From the NCBI GenBank assembly GCA_964016885.1, contig OZ024741.1, positions 78,554,001 through 78,618,000 of the forward strand: DNA of 64,000 nucleotides, written 5' to 3'. Both the position numbers and the translations under genes were made by a program. This stretch comes from Eledone cirrhosa (Eukaryota). This document shows positions 52,695 through 64,000 of this stretch, piece by piece (position 1 is the stretch's first letter; every line of letters begins with the position of its first letter). The notes under the pieces were generated by a model. It was not told where the DNA came from. It saw only the letters and a program-made list of their open reading frames with translations, and ran no database searches.

Positions 52695-54249
52695 GCGTGT
52701 GTGTGTGTGGATGTGTTCTAGCTGAACAGCTGGAAGGTTTTGTTACTGATATCCAAGTGAAAGTGGTGAGGAGAGCATATTCTACCTCTGTGCAAACACC
52801 ACATTTCAGAGTGAAGTATGAGTTTGCAGTGTAGCCTGGAGAGCAGAGATGAACTATAGGCAAGAGGGGAAATACTTGTGTTTTAGAGAAGAATATGATG
52901 TATGATTTGTGTTAGTAAGAAATAATATTTAGATTGTAGATTGGCGGAGAATACACAGATTTTTCATGGAGTACACAGAGATGAGGAAGGAGGGTTTAGT
53001 ATTACTTTTAGAGAACTCCTGAATGACAGAGGGTGCCAAATAGCTCACTACTGTCATATGACCAGGTGAAACTATTTTCTTGCCCACAAGATTCATGTAA
53101 ACCTTTGAAATGCTCGTACAGACATGTTACCATACAAAGACACATTATTGTTTATAACGTTACAACTGAGATTACTATAGACCGAGAAATATGCTCTTAC
53201 TGATAAATATGGACATATTTTCTTACTTATAATTTTCAATCAAAATTCCTGTGGACGTGCTTCTTACACTCATATTACCAGGAGGAGATATTTTCATGTT
53301 ACAACTTGTAACTTGAAATATTCATGGTTTTCTAAAATGCCTCTTGCCGTCTCATTACTATATGAAACAATTTTCTTTTTTATAACTTGCAACTATAATT
53401 CCGGTGGGCTTTTAATATGTTCTTTCTGTCACAAAATCATATAAAGCTATTTTCCGCTTCATTATTTGTCGTCAAGATTTCTGTGGCTTGTTAAATAGCT
53501 TATTATTATCACATTGTCATAGGAACTCACCTCCTGCCTTTTAGATTGCCGGCAACGGCTTAATAGGTCCCTACCATCACATCACTTTATAGCACTGTTC
53601 TCTGCTGCATTATTTACAACCGATATTATTAACTTGCGTCCCATCGTCACATGACTATATGAAACTATTTTCTCCCTTATGGTGTACAATCAAGATTCCC
53701 GTGGACAGCTAAAAGGCTTCTTACATTTACATTAACATATGGAGTTACTTTTTCGTTTATAATTTGCAGTGAAAATTCATGTGGATTACTAAATAAGTTT
53801 TTTTATCATATTATCGGATAAAGCTATTTTCCTGCTTACTACTTGCAGTCAAGAATTCTGTAGATTGCTAAATATCTTCTTATAATCACATTGTCATATG
53901 AAGCTTTGCTTTGCATTATCACTTGTAATCGATATTTTTATGAGTTACTTAATACCTTCTTAACGCTGCGTTATCATGCAAAGATATTTTATTGTTTATA
54001 ATCTGCTGCAGATATTCCCGTCGATTGTTGAAAATGTTCTTATTGTTGCATTACCAGAATAAATTATTTACCCATTTATAACTGGCCGTCGGGGTTCCTG
54101 AGTAAATCCAGGCGTAAGCCTAGCAGGCTTCTGTCTTGTTTATGATTCGTTTTACTTGCACACGCATATTTCATACAAAATACTATATTTATATCTGAAA
54201 CATTACAAAAAAAAAAAAAAAAAAGATCTGAATCTGTCTGACATAAACC

Positions 54250-54517
54250 AATTATTCTTGTAAATTGACCTCTATCAGTTTCGGCAATGAATGTTTCAAT
54301 CGTTCGGTCAACGGAAAAACCACCTCGTAAATTAAGATACAGGTACAATCCACTAGACAGACTTCGAAATAGTTTCCGTCTAACCAATTCCCCTCACAAA
54401 GCTTGGATCCACACGAAGCTATTCTAAAAGACATTTGTCAAAGATGTCGCGCATTGTGATCGAACTCGGAAACTCGTGGTTGTGAAGCGAACTTCTTGAC
54501 TATTCGACCATGCCTTC
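54250..54517 (-). mobile_element. tRNA-derived SINE (minus strand)
   Basis: Reverse-complemented A/B-box head (GATCGAACTC...GACCATGCC) at 54458-54515. Confidence 0.6.
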
Positions 54518-54704
54518 ACATGTACTTTATTCTACATTTTACATAACATCTGAATAAGAAGTGATCTATCAATGTTATAGCTTGTAGCCGAGTCTTTGTG
54601 GACAATTAAACACTTTCTTATTATCACATTTCTACACGAAGCTAGTTAATTATTTACAAATTAGTAGCTGATATTTCTGTCGACAGTTTAAAAGATATTT
54701 GCTG

Positions 54705-55025
54705 TGTGTTGTTGTTGGTTCGGACGACAATTATTCCAGTTCAGACGAAGAAACAACGGAACATCATGCTCGTGAAATTAATGTGTAAGTGGCTGAGCAT
54801 TCCACAGAGACGTAGACCCTTAACGTAATTCTCGGGGAAATTCAGCATGACACGGTGTGTGAGAATGCTGGCCCTTTTAATTATAGGTACTACTTATTTG
54901 TGTAAGCTAAGTAGACTGGTACAACGTGAAATGAAGTGTCCTGTCCAAGGACACAACGCACCAACGGGATTCGAACTCATGACCTTACGACCAGGAACTA
55001 AACAGCTTAACCACAAAGCCATGTA
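54705..55025 (-). mobile_element. tRNA-derived SINE (minus strand)
   Basis: GGGATTCGAACTC...CTTAACCACAAAGCCA head, GTCCAAGGACAC body and (GTT)n tail. Confidence 0.65.
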
Positions 55026-55693
55026 TATACTCGTCTTACTGCAATCTTACCAGATTAAACTATTTCCCTATTTATAACTGACAAACGAGCTCCTTTTGGA
55101 TTGTTATACAGATTCTTACCATTATATTACTATATAAAACTATATATTTTCCAATCGTCACATCACTTTATGAAACTATTTTGTTTCTGATAACCAGACG
55201 CTTCCTGTAGAATATTCTCTTTTTTTTAAACTCATACAGCCAAGATTCGGCTTGAAACAGTTTTGAGAATTCACTATTCCCTTTTGACATTACGAATTGA
55301 TATTGGGTATAAACTATTCACAATTAACGTGAACTGATATTGGGTATAGTCTAATCACATTTGACGTTGTGAATTGACTATTTACACTGTGAATAGACTA
55401 TTTACACTGTGAATAGTCGATTTGCTTCCTGACATTGAAAGACAGAATACTTTTCGCTAACATATCTCTTTGAGTTTCAGCTATGCTTAATTTACTAGGA
55501 CAATGGCCTCTCTGCCAAGAAAACGATATTTAATAAGTAAAGCTAGTTCAGTCATAGTTGATTATTAGCTCTAGACCAACCGTGATCCAGCAGATTTATG
55601 TTCAAAGCCGTTGGAGTTTTCCCCAATCTTATTTTACTTTATAAAGTGGCGAATTGTCAATCGTCAGAGTGTCGGATTAAATGCCTTGCAGTG

Positions 55694-55780
55694 TACAAGG
55701 GTCGGCTGAAAAATTCATAGTCTGACTAAGACACTCTCATGTAATGACCAAATGACGTTTATTTTTCAACACAGTTCCAG
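55694..55780. mobile_element. Mariner-like terminal fragment
   Basis: TA|CAAGGGTCGGCTGAAAAATTCATAG start. Confidence 0.4.
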
Positions 55781-56888
55781 GAAAGAAACAATGCAGATGT
55801 TAATAACTAGAGTTGAAATTAATGCACGCAAGATTTCACAACTCTAGCATAAATCCTTTGAACCTTTCAGCCGACCTTCGTATATTCCAGCTATCTGCGT
55901 TCAAATTCCGACGAGGCCAACCTTTGCTTTTCATCATTTTGGGGTCAATTACTAAAGTATCAGTTAATGTCAGATTGACAGAATTAGTAAAGTGTCAAAC
56001 GGATGTTCTGCTGTATCTGTTCAAGCCCTGTACCTTCAATTACCGTCTCTCGTCACTGGAAAAATATTGAAATGATAGGATTGGAACCCCTATCATAAAA
56101 ACTCAAGAAACCTTTCTATGAGATTCAATATCATAGGAAATCAACCAAACCTGCACAGGTTTGTGATGTAACAACAATGACTACATCGCGTTGTTTTCTA
56201 TATCAGGGACATCACTGTTCAAAGTGTACTTTATTTAAGACAACAGACAATGATTTGAGAGGAAATTAAGCTGATATTTCTAGTAAGTCGAGTGATCGTG
56301 CTGAAACCACTTAGTTAGTTCGTTTCAATTACATGGCTTATTGAACACTCAGTCTTCATCATATCGTCAAACCAGGGGAAAATCAGCCGAGGAGATTAGA
56401 CTCCTCTTTCAAACTAATATATGGCCGAAGTAAGAGATGAACTCAGCACAGCCAAGCAACGAACCGCGTGACAATTATACAGAGTTGATGCCACTGTATG
56501 GAGTAGAAAAGTTCCTCTGATGCAATGGTACCTACTTTAAGCCAAGTGGACTGCACCATTTCAAGAGTTGTCTTACCGGGTCATAGTCACAGTGCTAGAG
56601 GTAAGACATGAACCGCCGGCCTCTGAGTTTGTGTTTAATTTCTTACCATATCCACCCAGCTATCCCCACCATCGCCGACATCAATTCCAACTATTCCCAC
56701 CATTCCACATATCCACCCAACCACTCTCACAGCTACTACCACTCTCTTTCATATCCACCCCCACTCCCACCACCCCCATATCCACTCAAATGGTTAGTGT
56801 CTATTAGAAAGCCAAGCAACATCACTTTTCCATTTCTATCACCTTGAAATGTCATGGTCGTGTTTTAGAAATCACCATCATCATCATC

Positions 56889-56950
<62 letters not shown>

Positions 56951-57166
56951 CGATCATCATCATCATCATCAACATCATCAAAGTTATACATGTATATATA
57001 TATATATAAAATATAATTGGAAATGCAGTCGTCCCAGCACATGACTATAACAATAGTTGATCACCCTAAGTAATAGTCGGGTACTTTACTCGATTTTTTT
57101 CCAACTATATGTATGTGTATATGTATGTATGTATATATGTATACATACATACATATACACATACAT

Positions 57167-58210
57167 AAAAGACCTCTTGTATGCAGATGATTGCGATACA
57201 GCAATCTTGATAATGAAATTCCACCCAGGATTAGGAAAGCAAGTGATGCTTTCGGAAAGCTCCTGGGATCGGCGAGACATATGCCAGAAGACAAAGGTAA
57301 AGGTGTACAAGGCATGCGTGCTCTCTTCTCTTCTTTATGCCTGCGAAACCTGGATTACATATCGACACCACCTTAAGCAGTTGGAACGTTTCTATCAGGT
57401 GTATGTCAGAGGGATCCATGGTGTTCACTGGAAGGACCACATCAGTGATGTCGAGATTTTGGAAAGCTCTCTGTGTGAAAGCATAGACACACTTGTGCTT
57501 AAGCAAAGACTCCGATGGAGTGGTCACCTTGCCAGGATGGAGGATTCTAGGATACAAAAACAACTCTTTTATGGAAAGTTAGTTAAAGGAAAACGGCCTC
57601 CACATAAACAAAAAAAAAAGAGATATAAGGATTCGTTGAAAGCCTCCTTGAAAGACGCTAACATCTCTGCTGATACATAGGAAAGCGTAGCTGCTAATCG
57701 TAATAAATGGAGAAAGACTGTACATGAGGGGAAAGTTGCTTTTGAAGAATCTCGAATCGCATACGAGAACATAAAAAGGGATGTGAGGAAAGCATTGCTG
57801 TTGTATTTCCAGACATCGAAGGCCCTCCTATGATGCTGACATCTAGCGTCTGTGCAAGACTCTGCCTCAGCAAAGCTGGACTCGAAAGTCATCTTCGCAG
57901 TCATAAAGTAAGACCAGTGGTTGACTACCAGGCTACTGTCGGAGATGCTGCTCATCATGCTTGCCAAGCATGTGGTAGAGAGTATAGATCAGCAGGAGGG
58001 CTCAAACGACATGCAAAAGTACATGGAATCCAACCACAGCCGGCTATTGCCAGTGAATGTTTTGGTTGCCAACTCTATGCAAGACATTTTAGATCATTGG
58101 CTGGGCTAAAAAGCCACATTCGATCGCAGCAGCGTTAATTATTAATATATATGTGTGTTCTATTTTTTTTTCGTGCAATGGCCATACTCGATAATGAGGG
58201 GGCAGCCATC
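57167..58210 (+). mobile_element. RTE-clade LINE 3' fragment with C-terminal C2H2 fingers
   Basis: DLLYADDC; KVYKACVLSSLLYACETW; LRWSGHLARMEDSRIQKQLFYG; CQACGREYRSAGGLKRHAKVH. Ends in (ATGT)n. Confidence 0.88.
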
Positions 58211-58457
58211 ATGTATGTATATATGTATGTTCTTCTGGTTTTATAATTTCACAAAGTTTTACCAATAGAGAGAGAGTTGGTTTCTAACATAGACACAAGA
58301 CTCTCTCATTGGAATTTACACAACATCAACTAGGTAGATATGTATGTATGCATGCATGTGTAGATATGGATGTTATTGTATGTGTGGATGTGTATGTTTT
58401 GAGTTGTATGTGTGCATGTGTATATGCTTTGTATCTGTACATGTGTATATGCAATTA

Positions 58458-61400
58458 TTAGATGCAAAATTTTTGGAATGTTTTACATATTTTTACTGTT
58501 CCATTAATGGATTGTACTTGTAATTTCCTAACTAATTGTGTTCTTTCTGTTCCTGTGAAGCCTAGCTTCTCAAGATTTGTATTGAGGCAGTTACTAACAT
58601 ATCCCAGTGCCCCAATAATCACAGGCATAAATCTGAAGGTGTAATCAGGGTGGAGTATCTGCAGATTTCTCATCAGTTCTGCATAAATATTCTCCTTTTC
58701 ACTAATCTTTGATATTATATTGGCATCTGCTGGGCAGCTAATTTCCACTACTGTGCATGCCTTCTTCTCCCTGTCCCATATCATAATATCTGGTCTGTTA
58801 TGCCTGCATTTTATTGGGGTTTTTACTGGAACATTCCACCAGTACTCTTTCATATTATGTACATGGATGTCTTCCACATTGTTGTAGCTTTTAATGTGTT
58901 TATTATCGGGGCTATCTTTTTTACGAACTGCATTGTACAGTGTTTTGGCCACTACATCATGCCTCATAGGTAGATAGTACTGCGATGACATCTTTTGGCA
59001 GCTGCTGATGACATGGGTGATATCCTCGATGTTAGTTCTGCAGAGTCTGCACTTGTTATCACATCTAGGTGTTTTGCCTGCATCCCTATCTCTTTTGTGA
59101 ATCAGGTATTTCGTGCTAATCTCCTGTTCCTGGATTGCAAAAGCGTATCCTTCAAAGTGGGAGCCAATATAGCGGTTGTTGGTCCAAGATAGACTACTTT
59201 CCTTATCTATATTACTCTCACTCTGGAGCTTCCTGGCAACATATCCATGCATGATTTTTTGCTGATAAGCATGCAGTTTTTCATCCATGTATTCACTGCG
59301 ATACTGCTGAGCGACATCCCTGGGTGTGAGTTTTTGATTATCACACAGGGAATATCTCTCGAGGAGTTCCTTCCCAACTCTCATGATCTTATCTGTTTCA
59401 TGAAGATAGACTTGCTCAAGAAGCGGGCTCCTACGCTTCGAGGTTCGTAGATGTTGTCGGAGAGATATGATGCGACATTCAAATTTTGTCTGGACTGATG
59501 TTAGGCCTCTGCCTCCCTGCTTACGTTTCAAGTAAAGGCGGTCTATGTCACTGTTGATGTGGAAGTTTCCGGTGTTGTTCAGTATTTTTCGAGTTCCAAC
59601 ATCAACTGCTCGGATTTCGTCTATCGTCCAATTGAGTATTCCAAACGTTGGTGTTAGGACAGGCACAGCAAACACATTGTGAGCCTCTGTTTTGTTTTGC
59701 GCAGAGAGTTCCGATGACCAGATCTTTCTTAATCGGGTGTAGTATTCCCTGGTTACGCGTTCTTTATTACAGATACCATTATAGGATATGTTCTCATCTA
59801 TCCCCAGGTATCTGTAGCAGTCCTCATCAGATATCGGTGAAACAGTTAGACCATTGATGACAATGTTGCTAGATTGGGTTGTTGTTTTTCCCCGCTTTAC
59901 AGTCATGTATGAGCATTTATCTTGGCCAAACTCCATTCCTATATCCTTTGAGAACGTTGTAACCAGGTCAAGATTTTTCTTCATCCCATCCATGTTCTTG
60001 GCATAGAGTTTCAGATCGTCCACAAAGAAGTTATGGGTTAGGTTCGTATTTCTGTCCTCCTGTGAGCCAATGATGTATCCCTCATTTCTTGAGCAGAAAG
60101 GACAAGGGGTTTAATGACAAGATGAACAATATCACAGAGAGACTGTCCCCCTGAAATATACCCCTGCAATATTTTATTTTATCAGTGAAAATAGAGTCCT
60201 CCCTCTCTGTCTTTAACCTTAGGATAGTAGCCCAAGAAGAAGACAGCCTCTCTATGGCTCTGACAATAATGTCTGGGACTTTAGCAAGTTGGAGGGCCTT
60301 TATCATCCAAGAGTGGGGAACAGAATCGAAAGCTTTCTTGTAGTCTAGCCAGACTGTAGTCATATTCCTCCTAAGTTGTCGCACCTCCGACATCGCAGTT
60401 TTGTTGATTAGGAGTTGTTCAGCACATCCCCAAACCCTTTTATTTCCAGCTGCTTGTTCATCTGTGATGATGTTATTATTTTCACAGTGATCTTGGAGGA
60501 ATAGGTTGAGGCAGGCTGTATACATCTTTATACATCAGTTTCTGGCATGCAATGGGTCGGTAGTTTTTTGCCAAGTGAGTGTCTTTGTTCTTGGGGACCA
60601 GTAACGTTTGTGATAATGTCAACCATTCTGGTATAAGTGTATCTCCCTTAAGAACTTGTTGGTAGAGGTTAGTAAGATACCTCCGATAGAATATTAGTTT
60701 TTTGTACCAGTAGCCGACAATCATGTCTCTTCCTGGTGTTTTCTTATCTTGGAGTTTTACTATCACAGTCTCAATGGTATCCTCACTTATTTCGTATGTT
60801 TTTGTTGTAGTGTAGGAGCAATAGTTCTTTCGGATTTCTCTTAGCCACACTGCATCTTGGTTGAAATTCTTCTTTTCACCCCATATTTTTCTCCAAAAGG
60901 AATCTATGTCTTTCTGAGATGGGGCCTCAGTGACACTTATTATTTTGCCCTTCATATCTCTATAGACTGATGTTTGGTTTCGTTTGAATCTTTTATTAAG
61001 CATTTTTCTCTCATCTACCTTCTTCAGGTATCGGCGTTTTTCGCTAACAGCTCTCAATTCTTGTTTGAGGGTGATCAGCTTATATTGGAGAGTTCTGGTT
61101 CTACTGTTACCAAACATCGTCTCTATTTTATTTTTCACTCTTTGTTGGTGAGGAGTAAGGTTTTTTTGTGTTTGTTTGCATGTAAGGAGCATTATCACAT
61201 GTCCTATGTTTTTTCGTAGGTCAGCACTCTTTTTTTTCTATTTTAGTTATATATGATGGTATTTTTTGTAGTGTTTTGTTCTTGTTAATATCTCTGCTAT
61301 CACCAAGATAATGCTTCACTGTCATTGCTAAGGCATATAAACAGGCGTTGATTTGCCAAAATGTTGGGGTTTTTATCCGTCGTAAATATTCATCCCCTAT

Positions 61401-62331
61401 TTCGTCAATAACTTATTTCATTATTTGGTTTTTTATTCACCATTGTCATTTTAACACGTTCAGCCAGAGAGATATTTATACATGAGTTAATTTCTCTCTG
61501 GAAGATTTCGTTGAGAGAAATTTTCAATTGTTTATACTTTTGATTATCATTATCGATAGTATTTTCCACAACAGTCGAGGTAGACTCGGATGGTATACGT
61601 GGTGTCACATTTATTCGATTATTATTATTATTTCTTCGATTATTATTATTATCGATAGTGTTTTCCCCAGCATTCGAAGTAGACTTAGATGGTACAGGCA
61701 TAGTTATTTCAAGGCGCTGTTCGACCTGGCTGCTAGGAAGTCTAGTAGCATGGCGATCTGTAGCACGTGTTGTTGATTCCATGTTTGTTGTGGGGGACTT
61801 ACAATTAATAATATTTATCTTATTTTTACGTTCACCAAACGTCGCTTGTTGGCGTAATTGTTTCGCTGTGAAATAATTTAGCTCTGGGTGCATTTCGTCC
61901 CAGTGTAGCTTCATTCTATTCATATAGCCAATGGAGGGATTGTTTTTTGCCATTTTATAACAATTAAATAAATCATTATTAAGTTCGCAACTCCAAGAGA
62001 AATGCGATTTATAAATTTCGGTTTCTTCTGTAGCTAAAACTGAATAAAGTTTGATTACCTTCTTTGTTATTTGTCTTCGATACTTCCTTAATTTTCTTGT
62101 TGATGTTGTGTTCAGCCATGCTGTTTGTAGCAAATCCTTGTAAAATGAATTATGTATTTAGTCGGATATCTCTACGAATTCGAATAAAAGGTGTGTTCAG
62201 AAGGGATAGTTAGAAGAATAACCAGTTATTCAACCTGGCTGTAGTTGTGGCATTACTGTCGGAGATAGTATTCATCTTAAATTTAATAAATAGTTTCCCA
62301 CGCCAAAATATACGACTGATTGCGTTGACTG

Positions 62332-62335
<4 letters not shown>
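58458..62335 (-). mobile_element. Near-full-length R4/Dong-clade non-LTR retrotransposon (RT + CCHC + restriction-like endonuclease), disrupted
   Basis: KTPGRD, NYRPIAC, DYKKAFDSVPH, GIFQGDSLS, FVDDLKLY, CRLC...EDITHVISSC, RHD, RPDIMI..., VVEISCP. A single long ORF broken into four pieces, with (TATG)n at both ends. Confidence 0.92.
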
Positions 62336-62364
<29 letters not shown>

Positions 62365-62390
62365 TGTATGTCAGGTATGTATGTATGTCA

Positions 62391-62991
62391 GGTCACCAGT
62401 TGGTGCTACTGGTAACATGTATCCCAGTACAACCTGTCTCATGGTCGGGTTGTTGGCGATTAAACTGGCAACCCCACCGAAGTTTCTTGGTGAGGAGGGT
62501 GACTTTAGACATCCTGCAGGACTAAAAACAAAACCTATCAAAAGGCAAAGGAGCTCTTAAGAGTCAATGGCCATCCAAAATCACCGGGAGAGATGACCCC
62601 TTAGCCTTTGTCAAGGCAGAATTCTAGGAGAAAGAAAACTCTGATATAACACCTGCAACCCTGATGGTATCCAACGATGTTGAGTTGTTCTTTTTGGTAA
62701 ATATCATCTTGGTTAAGAGAGTGGGACTGGCTTTGTGCAGTGCCTTTGCTCACTATAAAAGCTTCACGGCACAGGCATTGCTTTGTATCTGAAGATCTCT
62801 CTGCACTTGTCGTCACATGGTACCATGGGCCCAGCACTATGTGTCAATAATTGTTACAAGTGTAGTGTTTGTACCAGAGTTTTCAAGTCGCTGGCTGGAC
62901 TAAGAAGTCACACTTGTTCAGCGCATCGGTAGGGGTTCTCCTACATGGATATAAAGTAGTGGCCGTACTCGAAAACGAGTTGGCAGCCACC
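62391..62991 (+). mobile_element. About 600-bp internally deleted RTE derivative (5' UTR joined to 3' end)
   Basis: RTE-type 5' UTR motif CTAGGAGAAAGAAAACTCTGA (also at about 50440). The 3' end TGGCCGTACTCG...GGCAGCCACC(ATGT)n matches 58179-58220. Confidence 0.6.
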
Positions 62992-63620
62992 ATGTATGTA
63001 TGTATGTATGTATGTATGTATGTATGTATGTATGTATGTATGTATGTATGTATGTATGTATGTATGTATGTATGTATGCATGTATCTATGAATGTATGTA
63101 CATATGTATGTATATTGTATGTATGTATGCATGTATCTATGCCTGCATGTATGTATGTATGCATGTATGTATGTATGTATGTATGTATGTATGTATGTAT
63201 GTATGTATGTATGTATGCATGAATGTATGTATGTTTGTATGTATGTATGCATGTATGCATGTATCTATGAATGTATGTACATATGTATGTTGTATGTAAC
63301 TGTGTATGTATGTATGCCTGCATGCATGTATGTATGCATGTATGCATGTCTGTATGCATGCATGTATGTATGTATGTATGTATGTATGTATGTATGTATG
63401 TATGTATGTATGTATACATGCATGCATGAATGTATGTATGTTTGTATGTATGTATGCATGTATGCATGTTTCTATGAATGTATGTACATATGTATGTATG
63501 TTGTATGTAACTGTGTATGCATGTATGCCTGCATGCATGTATGTATGCATGCATGTATGCATGTATGTATGTATGTATGTATGTATGTATGTATGTATGT
63601 ATGTATGTATGTATGTATAC
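62992..63620. repeat. (TATG)n microsatellite with internal higher-order duplication
   Basis: Direct inspection. Confidence 0.95.
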
Positions 63621-64000
63621 CTTTATCAAAGACTGACAACCTGAAGAAATGCAGTCGATTGCTTTTGTTTTGTTTCTTTTTTGTTTCCGCAATCTCTACA
63701 TATTCTGCACTTACGTCTTCTATTCGGCTTCGTTATATGTTTTTGGCAATTTCTGATGCTACAACTTTGGTCATACACCTCAGTAATAAACAATCCTGTC
63801 TTAGTTTTAATCCCGCACTTCTCTTAATCCAGTTAAGCTTTGTTCAGTCATGTCAGGTATTGATCATATACAGTCGTTTCTCGTTAATGTCTTAGTTTAG
63901 ATCTTAGTCCTGTAATAGTTTCTGTTGTTGCTTTTCCTTTCTCCTCAAAGTTATCTGTCACTCCAGTCTCTGTTTTATATCTGTTGGCTTTATTAAAGAC

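Larger units (their letters stand above)
53050..55220. repeat. Old, highly diverged ~80-bp tandem repeat, interrupted by SINEs
   Basis: ATGAAACTATTTTC...ATAACTTGCA..CAAGATTCCTGTGGA...TTCTTATTATCACATTGTCAT-like unit recurring at about 53208, 53281, 53362, 53441, 53521, 53659, 53739, 53818, 53898, 53978 and 54058. Confidence 0.7.

Noticed and set aside
51750-52900. Possible degraded LINE endonuclease region on the minus strand
   Set aside because: Only vague resemblance, with no diagnostic motif readable in the ORF fragments.
57830-58138. Host C2H2 zinc-finger gene
   Set aside because: The fingers are contiguous with the RTE RT fragment and its 3' tail, so they belong to the retroelement.
62190-62335. 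HDV-like ribozyme at the 5' end of the R4 element
   Set aside because: I could not assemble the nested double pseudoknot by eye; a descriptor search is needed.

Overview
Repeat-dominated, gene-free stretch of an AT-rich animal genome. The SINE families resemble those of octopus/cephalopods, but this is an inference. No intact host gene is supported. The window holds decayed retroelements from at least seven lineages: a Ty3/Gypsy pol, a near-full-length Tx1/L1 element bracketed by (GATA)n, an R4/Dong-like element, RTE, CR1 and CRE fragments, and four Penelope-like (GIY-YIG) fragments. It also holds tRNA-derived SINEs, MITEs, a non-coding three-LTR element with a tRNA-Trp PBS, and about 7 kb of (CAA/CCA)n low-complexity DNA. 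The most striking signal is a dense population of small non-coding units sitting in (TA)n microsatellites. They occur as tandem and/or inverted copies and carry minimal type I hammerhead ribozymes. Clear examples are a 311-bp x3.4 array (28.8-30.0 kb), a 468-bp unit (44.6-45.8 kb), a diverged relative of the 311-bp unit with compensatory stem changes (22.3-22.7 kb), and two hammerheads downstream of a Penelope endonuclease (35.2-35.7 kb). Several decayed hammerheads are also present. This looks like a Penelope-driven non-LTR retrozyme / circular-RNA system. A separate 276-bp, highly base-paired unit with terminal direct repeats but no hammerhead (38.9-39.2 kb) is unexplained.
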